Source: Vagococcus fluvialis (GTDB lineage: Bacteria > Bacillota > Bacilli > Lactobacillales > Vagococcaceae). Taken from it: a DNA stretch of 24,000 nt. The stretch covers positions 51,247-75,246 of the forward strand of contig NZ_QPJV01000012.1 of NCBI RefSeq assembly GCF_003337315.1, in the 5' to 3' direction. Positions 17,227-23,276 of this stretch are shown here, in pieces. Each line of letters opens with the position of its first letter. Within the stretch, counting starts at the first letter, position 1. Below the pieces are notes generated by a model. That model worked only from the letters and a program-made list of their open reading frames with translations. It was not told where the DNA came from and ran no database searches. The position numbers and the translations under genes are program-made.

Positions 17227-17748
17227 TTAGTAGCAAAAGCTATTTTTAAATTCTTCTAAATTGTCATTTCGTGCTTTTAAGCCAGCTAATTGGCAAATAT
17301 GATCAAGAGAATCAGTTAATCCAGTTCCACCTTTTTTAGGCATTTTAACGATTGTTATCTTATCTTTGTAAGCAGAAATAACACTGTCACACTCTGTTGA
17401 CATAGCAGTTACAACTGGGATATTAACTTTTTCTTCAATGAATATACCCACTTCAGCACACATTTTTGCATAACCTTCATAATTATAAGAAGGTGCAGCA
17501 ATGACAACATCAGGTGACATTTTTTTTACCATACCTGCTATTTTTTTAGTGACATCTTCTTTATTTTCTAAGTAGAAACCATCACCACAATACAGTGTAG
17601 CAATGACAGAAGCATCTTGTTTTTTTAGAAAAGGCTCCAACATATTATAGGCACCGATACCCATATTTTTACCACCAAGAGGTAGCATAGGATTTTCTTT
17701 TCCACCAAGACCAGCCTGTGTTTGATCAAAAAGTAAAACAACTTTCAT
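17227..17748 (-). CDS. Short GrdB-like protein (N-terminal-domain homolog of glycine/sarcosine/betaine/D-proline reductase component B, no selenocysteine)
   Basis: I moved the start to ATG 17746-17748 (MKVVLLFDQ...), with SD aggag 9 nt upstream. The TTG at 17757 abuts the SD. Sequences VVLLFDQTQAGLGGKEN, VIATLYCGDGFYLEN and PDVVIAAPSYNYEGYAKMCAEVG...IPVVTAM resemble the GrdB/PrdB N-terminus as I recall it. The ORF ends in TAA and has no in-frame TGA. Confidence 0.55.
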   Translation of the reverse strand: MKVVLLFDQTQAGLGGKENPMLPLGGKNMGIGAYNMLEPFLKKQDASVIATLYCGDGFYLENKEDVTKKIAGMVKKMSPDVVIAAPSYNYEGYAKMCAEVGIFIEEKVNIPVVTAMSTECDSVISAYKDKITIVKMPKKGGTGLTDSLDHICQLAGLKARNDNLEEFKNSFCY

Positions 17749-17760
17749 TACCTTCAACTC

Positions 17761-19098
17761 CTATAAGTCATCAAATGAAATATCATCAAATGAGATTTCT
17801 GTTTCTTCAAAGCTAACTGTTTGAGATTCATCTAATAGATATTGCTTATCTAATGTTTTGATAAATGGATAGTAGATTAAACAACCAAGAGCTAGGAGTG
17901 CGAATTGCCAAAGTGCGGCAACAAAGCTTCCTGTTGACAGGTAACCTGAAAATCCGATTGGTGTTGTCCACGGTAAAGCAACACCAGTTGTATAAGGAAT
18001 AATTCCCATTTTTGTTGCAAATGTTGATAGTACTAAGTTAATTTGAGGAACTAAGATAAATGGAATCGCCATAATTGGATTTAAAATAATTGGTAAACCA
18101 AAGATGATTGGTTCGTTAATACCAAAAATACCAGGAACTAGTGACAGTTTACCTAATTGCTTAATACGTTGTGATTTACAGAATAAAATCATTACAATAA
18201 CTAATGATAATGTACTTCCGCCACCACCCCAGTTAGTAAAGAAGTTTGAGAATGGATCAGTAAAGATATTAGGTAAATCAGCGCCGTTTTGGAAAGCATC
18301 TAAGTTTTCCATTGTTAAAACTTTTGTAACAGGGCCAAATACTGAGTTGGCAACAGCGGGACCGTTAATACCAAATACCCAAAATACAGTACAAGCTAGT
18401 CCATAGATTAATTGGGCAGTTAATGTATTTCCTACACCTTTTAATGGTGTTTGTAACACTTCAAAAATCAAGTTATGCATAGTCTCAAATGGAGTCATTG
18501 CAATTCCAATACGAATAAAGAAGAATAAAATCATAACAATTGAACTTGGAATTAGTGCTTCAAATGATTTAACTACTGCAGGTGGAACTCCATCAGGCAT
18601 TTTAATTGTCCAACCTCTACGATATACCCAGTTAAATAACCAAACAGAAGTTAGAGATACTAAAAGACCTAAGAAGATACCATCAGAACCTAGAAAGTCT
18701 AAGCTTAAAGCTCCTAATGGGTTTTCTAAACCTTCAACATTGATTCTTGTAGGCGTTAAAATTAAAAATGAAACAATACCAATCGCAGCTGATTGAATCG
18801 CATCACCTTTTAATTCACGACCATAAGCGTAACTTGTACCAAAAACTGTTAAGAAACCAACCATGTTAAAGACAGCTCTTGAAACGTTTGTAAACCACAT
18901 TTCCCAACCTTCACCAAAGTAGCCAGCCCAAAATTCAGACCAGTTTGGAATAGGGAAGTTAGCAATTAATAGGAATATAGATGCTACAATGATTAGAGGT
19001 GTTGTAATTAAAAAACCATCTCTGATCGCGATTAATACCTTGTTTTTCCCTAACTTATCGGCAACTGGCATTAAAACTTTTTCTAATTTATTCATCAT
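17761..19098 (-). CDS. PTS lactose/cellobiose(chitobiose)-family EIIC permease
   Basis: The 445-aa polytopic protein carries the family-typical motif GINEPIIFGLPIILNP. SD aaggag is upstream. It has an unusual acidic C-terminal tail ending EISFDDISFDDL. Confidence 0.9.
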   Translation of the reverse strand: MMNKLEKVLMPVADKLGKNKVLIAIRDGFLITTPLIIVASIFLLIANFPIPNWSEFWAGYFGEGWEMWFTNVSRAVFNMVGFLTVFGTSYAYGRELKGDAIQSAAIGIVSFLILTPTRINVEGLENPLGALSLDFLGSDGIFLGLLVSLTSVWLFNWVYRRGWTIKMPDGVPPAVVKSFEALIPSSIVMILFFFIRIGIAMTPFETMHNLIFEVLQTPLKGVGNTLTAQLIYGLACTVFWVFGINGPAVANSVFGPVTKVLTMENLDAFQNGADLPNIFTDPFSNFFTNWGGGGSTLSLVIVMILFCKSQRIKQLGKLSLVPGIFGINEPIIFGLPIILNPIMAIPFILVPQINLVLSTFATKMGIIPYTTGVALPWTTPIGFSGYLSTGSFVAALWQFALLALGCLIYYPFIKTLDKQYLLDESQTVSFEETEISFDDISFDDL

Positions 19099-19113
19099 AC
19101 CTTTTGTTCTCCT

Positions 19114-19443
19114 TTATTTCTTGTTATTTTTTAAAGCAATAAGTGCCTGTTTTAATACTTTAGCACCATTCATTACACCGTAATCTTCTGAGTCAATCAT
19201 TAAAATAGGTTGACCGTATTTCTCAAAGTTTTTTACAGTATCATCATATAGATAGCGAACTTGTGGTCCCAACATAATTACATCTGGATGTTCTTTATCA
19301 ATTATTTCCTGCAACAAACCATGAGAGAATGCTTTGACTTCTACAGGCATTTTATTTTCAGTAGCCACATTTTGCATTTTTTGGGCTAGCATACTTGTTG
19401 ACATACCTTGACTACAAAATAAATAGATTTTTTTATTACTCAT
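19114..19443 (-). CDS. PTS lactose/cellobiose-family EIIB
   Basis: I moved the start to ATG 19441-19443 (MSNKKIYLFCSQGMSTSML...), with SD aaggagg 7 nt upstream. The active-site Cys lies in the LFCSQGMSTS context typical of ChbB/CelA-type EIIB. Confidence 0.88.
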   Translation of the reverse strand: MSNKKIYLFCSQGMSTSMLAQKMQNVATENKMPVEVKAFSHGLLQEIIDKEHPDVIMLGPQVRYLYDDTVKNFEKYGQPILMIDSEDYGVMNGAKVLKQALIALKNNKK

Positions 19444-19456
19444 TTTTATTTCCTCC

Positions 19457-20410
19457 TTATTCAATAGGTGCTTTTATTCTTTTTTCGTAAGCATCTAACC
19501 ATTCCTGAGTAATAGGTTCAATCACAGTTGTGTGATTTTCTCCCATATTAGCAATAAAAATAGCAGATTCTTCTTTATCGTTTCCAACAGAAAAAGTAAA
19601 CTCCACGTTTGTTGCGACACCCCATTCACCTGTATTATTCATAGCTACAAGAGAGAAGGCACCTGCTTTTCCGTATCGTTTTGTTAATGTGTCGTGGAAA
19701 GAATAAACTGTTTGGTCGCAAGCTTCTTGAGGTGATAAACCTTCTTTCATTTTTCTAACAATTTCATATGAAAGAATACCTTTCATTAAATCCTCGCCTA
19801 AGCCAGTTGCAGCAGCTCCACCGACTTCACTATCAACATAAAATCCAGAACCAGATAATGGTGAATCACCAACACGACCAGGACGTTTCATGAAAAGACC
19901 AGAGCTTGATGTACCAGCTGTCATACTTCCATGAGTATCCAAAGTAACAACACCAACTGTGTCATGACCATCATAAGGACTTAAATTGTGTTTTTTCATG
20001 TCATCTAAGCGATTTTGCCAGATTTTTTTAGCGCGATCAGTAAGCATTTCTTTTTCTTCAAAACCATGCTCAATCGCATATTGTGTTGCTCCGTCACCAA
20101 TTAAAAAACTATTGAATTTTTCGTGACTTAATTTTCTTGCAACAGAAATTGGATTTTTAATATCAACAATTCCTGCTACCGCACCTATTTGGAAGGTATC
20201 TCCATCCATAAAGGCAGCATCCATTTCTAAAATTCCTTTTGCATTTGGTAACCCACCAAAGCCAACAGATTTGTAGTATGGATAATCTTCAACAGATTTT
20301 ACTGTTGTCTCGAGAGCATCACCAGCAGAAGCACCAGATTTTAATTGTTCCATTGCAGCAACAATGCCATCATGAGCCATTCTCCAGGTTGCGATTGTCC
20401 CGTAATTCAT
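19457..20410 (-). CDS. Ntn-hydrolase of the asparaginase-2 family, glycosylasparaginase-like (N4-(beta-N-acetylglucosaminyl)-L-asparaginase type)
   Basis: I moved the start to ATG 20408-20410 (MNYGTIATW...), with SD ggagaggtgagg upstream. The autoprocessing/nucleophile motif is GHDTVGVV, i.e. the HDT[IV]G form of glycosylasparaginases rather than the GTVGAV form of IaaA-type isoaspartyl peptidases. The substrate-carboxylate/amino binding motif RVGDSPLSGSG and the motif ATGLGE are also present. Confidence 0.75.
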   Translation of the reverse strand: MNYGTIATWRMAHDGIVAAMEQLKSGASAGDALETTVKSVEDYPYYKSVGFGGLPNAKGILEMDAAFMDGDTFQIGAVAGIVDIKNPISVARKLSHEKFNSFLIGDGATQYAIEHGFEEKEMLTDRAKKIWQNRLDDMKKHNLSPYDGHDTVGVVTLDTHGSMTAGTSSSGLFMKRPGRVGDSPLSGSGFYVDSEVGGAAATGLGEDLMKGILSYEIVRKMKEGLSPQEACDQTVYSFHDTLTKRYGKAGAFSLVAMNNTGEWGVATNVEFTFSVGNDKEESAIFIANMGENHTTVIEPITQEWLDAYEKRIKAPIE

Positions 20411-20436
20411 GTTAAGCCTCACCTCTCCGATTAAAA

Positions 20437-20451
20437 TAATAACGTTTTCAA
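20437..20451 (-). promoter_or_regulatory. cre-like (CcpA) box in the leader of the glycosylasparaginase-PTS operon
   Basis: The minus strand reads TTGAAAACGTTATTA against the consensus WTGNAANCGNWNNCW, with one mismatch at position 14. It lies between the predicted -10 and the SD. Confidence 0.45.
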
Positions 20452-20456
20452 TAATC

Positions 20457-20489
20457 ATTATATAATAGTATATACTGTTTTGTCTATAC
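20457..20489 (-). promoter_or_regulatory. Sigma-A promoter of the glycosylasparaginase-PTS operon overlapped by two HutC/GntR-type operator motifs
   Basis: On the minus strand, -35 TAGACA (20481-20486) is separated by 18 nt from -10 TATAAT (20457-20462). The 10-bp perfect palindrome AGTATATACT (20467-20476) sits in the spacer, and GTCTATAC (20482-20489) overlaps the -35. Both fit the HutC-subfamily consensus GTMTAKAC. Confidence 0.6.
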
Positions 20490-20506
20490 TGAAATTAACA
20501 ATAAAA

Positions 20507-20536
20507 TTGACACATATTTGTCTATTAAAGTTTAAT
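20507..20536 (+). promoter_or_regulatory. Divergent sigma-A promoter for the small ORF
   Basis: TTGACA (20507-20512) is separated by 18 nt from TTTAAT (20531-20536). It lies 20 nt from the back-to-back minus-strand promoter. Confidence 0.45.
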
Positions 20537-20628
20537 AATTTCTAAAGAATCTTATGAATAATCATAAACTTTAAATTAAAAAGGGCTTAATTGTATATTA
20601 AATTTAAGAGGAGAAAGGAGTTTTAGGG

Positions 20629-20811
20629 ATGTTAGATATGAATAAAGTGATTAGACTTATAGTTTTAGGATTGGTGTTTTCATATGTATTATTTGGTAAA
20701 GCAATTATTGTTCAATCATCAGTAAAACAAACAAATATTATTCAAGAAATTCATCAATGTCTTGCAATAAATCCTTGTTCCACATACTATCTTTGTTCTA
20801 ATATTTACTAA
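20629..20811 (+). CDS. Small (60 aa) hydrophobic-N-terminus, Cys-containing peptide, unknown function
   Basis: A strong SD gaggagaaaggag ends 7 nt before the ATG. A consensus -35 promoter lies upstream and a terminator starts 4 nt after the stop. The N-terminal sequence is MLDMNKVIRLIVLGLVFSYVLFG (signal or transmembrane-like), and the C-terminal part has 3 Cys (HQCLAINPCSTYYLCSNIY). No recognisable family. Confidence 0.45.
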   Translation: MLDMNKVIRLIVLGLVFSYVLFGKAIIVQSSVKQTNIIQEIHQCLAINPCSTYYLCSNIY

Positions 20812-20814
20812 AAT

Positions 20815-20857
20815 AAAAACCACAGAGTCTATGTGGGGATAAAGTCTGTGGTTTTTA
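20815..20857. terminator. Bidirectional terminator shared by the small ORF (+) and the GntR gene (-)
   Basis: Arm aaaaaccacaga (about 20815-20826) pairs with arm tctgtggttttt (20845-20856). T-runs follow on both strands. Confidence 0.75.
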
Positions 20858-21574
20858 TTAAGGTCTGTGTAAGATATTTTTAAATGTATATTTGTCTGCT
20901 CGGTAATAAGAGTTATCATAAAGAATTGGAATACCTGAAGCTGCATAAGTAACTGTGTGAACTAATAATAATGGATCACCTAAAGGAACATCTAAATATT
21001 CACTTAATTCTTTGGTTACTAGAACAGCTTCAATTTCTTGATGAGAATAAGAAATATCAATTTGTTCAGAAATTAAGCTGAAAATTGAATGTTCTATGTC
21101 TTTTTCAGTAATATCTTTTGGTAGAAAAGAAGTCCTAATATAGATTTCTTCAATGGTCATAGGGTCTTCGTCAAAATATCTAAGACGCTTGATACGGTAA
21201 ATACTTTCATTTTCAACTTGAAGTTTTTTCTTAACTTCGTCTGGGAGGTTAGTCACAATTTCAAAATTAATAACAATCGATTTTGATGTTTTACCAAAGG
21301 CCTTAGCACTTTCAGTAAAACTTAATAGTCCATTTTGTCCACTTTGAAATTTATCACTTTGTTTCATTATGTAAGTCCCTTTACCTCTTTGTTTAACAAG
21401 AAGATTTTGAGAAATCAGTAAATCAATCGCTTTTCTAACGGTTAATCGACTGACATCGAATTCTTTTGCTAAATCATATTCAGAAGGTAATTTTTGTTTT
21501 TGACTATAGGTTCCGTCATCAATATTATTTTTAATTTTACTAGCAACTGTTTCAAATATATTTGGTTTTTTCAT
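20858..21574 (-). CDS. GntR-family transcriptional regulator, HutC subfamily (wHTH + UTRA effector domain)
   Basis: I moved the start to ATG 21572-21574 (MKKPNIFETV...), with SD aaaggag 5 nt upstream. The wHTH is KLPSEYDLAKEFDVSRLTVRKAIDLLISQNLLVKQRGKGTYI. The length of about 240 aa and the C-terminal half are consistent with a UTRA domain. Confidence 0.88.
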   Translation of the reverse strand: MKKPNIFETVASKIKNNIDDGTYSQKQKLPSEYDLAKEFDVSRLTVRKAIDLLISQNLLVKQRGKGTYIMKQSDKFQSGQNGLLSFTESAKAFGKTSKSIVINFEIVTNLPDEVKKKLQVENESIYRIKRLRYFDEDPMTIEEIYIRTSFLPKDITEKDIEHSIFSLISEQIDISYSHQEIEAVLVTKELSEYLDVPLGDPLLLVHTVTYAASGIPILYDNSYYRADKYTFKNILHRP

Positions 21575-21636
21575 ATGAACTCCTTTCATCACGAGTGTAT
21601 TATATCATGAAAGAGTAAGAGGTTTTAGTGAAAAAA

Positions 21637-22944
21637 CTATTTTCCTAATTCAGATAAAAGGTAAGTATAAATTTCTAAATTTTTAAGTAAATCTTTTTTA
21701 TCCATGTACTCATTTTTATTATGAGCAATCCCTTTTTGACCAGGGAATGAAGGTCCAAAAGCCATAATATTAGGCATTGATCTAGCATAAGTTGCCCCTG
21801 TTGTTGTAACAGGTGTTCCATCTAAACCTGTAGCGTACTCATAAACTTCAGTCATTGTTTTAACCATCGGATGTTCTTTGTCAAAATTTGTTGATGGCAT
21901 GTCTCTTGTAACTTCCATAGTAGAATTCTTTGGTAATTGAGTGTTTAAAATATTAATAATATCTTCTTTTTTAGTGCTGACAGGGTAACGCATACTTAAA
22001 TTTAAAGTTGCTTCCTGATTATCAAAGAAAAGAGAACAGGGTGTTAATGACAAGTAACCAGATTCTTCATCAAAAAAGTTAATATTAAGACCAGCTCCAT
22101 CATGTTGAAGATGTAAGCTTTTAGCTAGCCAAGTAAGATAATCTTTAAATTCACCTGTTACTTCAGGATTGTCTTTAGCTTCATTAGCAAAATAAGTAAT
22201 CACGTTTTCCCCCATGTCTGGTGCATTACTTGGAGCACGTTTTCCTTTAATATCAAAAGCTTTATTACTAATTGAGTAGTGTAAGGTATCTGGGACAGCG
22301 CTACGATCAAAATTAGCTGAAAAGTCAGTTAAGACATTTTGGGAGTTATCACTTAGTTTTGTTTTAATTGAAAGACCTAATACACCTCGCTCACCGTAAA
22401 CAGCTGGATATTTACAATCAGGTGTATAACCATACATGGGTGGAACCTCTTCTTTTAGGTAAAGAGGAATATCAGCAGAACCACTTTCTTCATCAGTACC
22501 AAAAATAATACGAATAGTTTTGGTAAAAGGGTAATTCATTTCTCTTAATAGATACAAAGCATAAAGATTAGCAATAATTGGTCCCTTGTTATCAAGAACA
22601 CCGCGACCGTAAAAGACATCATTATCAAGCGTTAAATCGAAAGGTGGGTAATCCCAATCAGTTCCCTCAGGTACGACATCGATATGTCCAACAACTCCGA
22701 TGTAGTTTTCATTGTCATCACCAAGTTGCGCATAACCCATAGCACCATTTATAATCTTTGTAGTAAAACCTAGTTCTTTAGCTAAGTTTAAAGTTTCTTC
22801 TAGTGCTTTTTTTGGTCCTAGACCAAAGGGGGCGTTAGGTTGTGCTTCACCTTTTACACTGTTAATTTGCATAATTCTACGAAGACCACTAAAAAATTTC
22901 GGTTCAATTTCTTTTAAAGCTTCATCAAACATTGAATAAGTCAA
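21637..22944 (-). CDS. M20-family dipeptidase (PepV/Sapep-like), catalytic residues intact
   Basis: TTG start, with SD aaggag 7 nt upstream. M20 motifs are present: GVVGHIDVVPEG, GRGVLDNKGP, FGTDEESGS, YTPDCKYPAVYGERG and GIAHNKNEY. Confidence 0.85.
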   Translation of the reverse strand: MTYSMFDEALKEIEPKFFSGLRRIMQINSVKGEAQPNAPFGLGPKKALEETLNLAKELGFTTKIINGAMGYAQLGDDNENYIGVVGHIDVVPEGTDWDYPPFDLTLDNDVFYGRGVLDNKGPIIANLYALYLLREMNYPFTKTIRIIFGTDEESGSADIPLYLKEEVPPMYGYTPDCKYPAVYGERGVLGLSIKTKLSDNSQNVLTDFSANFDRSAVPDTLHYSISNKAFDIKGKRAPSNAPDMGENVITYFANEAKDNPEVTGEFKDYLTWLAKSLHLQHDGAGLNINFFDEESGYLSLTPCSLFFDNQEATLNLSMRYPVSTKKEDIINILNTQLPKNSTMEVTRDMPSTNFDKEHPMVKTMTEVYEYATGLDGTPVTTTGATYARSMPNIMAFGPSFPGQKGIAHNKNEYMDKKDLLKNLEIYTYLLSELGK

Positions 22945-22966
22945 AAAATCACTCCTTTTAACAAGC

Positions 22967-22995
22967 AGTATATACTACTAAGGAAACGATTTCAA
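22967..22995 (-). promoter_or_regulatory. Sigma-A promoter of the PepV-like/GntR transcription unit with HutC-type operator and cre-like box
   Basis: On the minus strand, -35 TTGAAA (22990-22995) is separated by 17 nt from -10 TATACT (22967-22972). The -10 lies inside the same AGTATATACT palindrome (22967-22976) found at 20467-20476. TTGAAATCGTTTCCT (22981-22995) fits WTGNAANCGNWNNCW at every defined position. Confidence 0.6.
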
Positions 22996-23276
22996 AGGGT
23001 AATTAAAAGAAAAAATAGAAATTTGATGTTTTTTTATGGGGATATAATAATACAAAATTTTGATCAAAGTTGAGTAAAGAGTAAGTAAATCGAGGGTTAA
23101 AATAACAGGCATTCATAAATAAAGCTATTTTTTATCAGATTTTTCACAACCTTGAGAAAAGTTTGATAAGGCAGGTTTTTTAAAAAAGAGATATACTGTG
23201 AACATAACTATCAATAAAAGAAACGTAGATTAAATATAACGAGATGAAAATAAAAAATTTACAGGGGGAAACGATA

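Noticed and set aside
17227-17757. Possibility that the GrdB-like gene is a selenoprotein with a read-through UGA
   Set aside because: The ORF has no in-frame TGA and ends in TAA. The downstream 64 nt contain a terminator-like hairpin and the next gene's SD, not a continuation of the frame or a SECIS-like context.
16505-19183. Plus-strand ORFs 16505-16699, 18104-18406 and 18989-19183
   Set aside because: They are antisense to the M42 and EIIC genes, with no SD. They are shadow ORFs.
20719-20946. Minus-strand ORF 20719-20946
   Set aside because: It runs through the bidirectional terminator and overlaps both the GntR 3' end and the small plus-strand ORF. It has no SD.
17749-23276. Upstream in-frame extensions of several ORF-track calls (17749-17757, 19444-19464, 20411-20458, 21575-21592, 23244-23276)
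   Set aside because: In each case an internal ATG is preceded by a canonical SD at 5-9 nt and coincides with the start of family homology. The longer start has no SD, or abuts or overlaps the previous gene.
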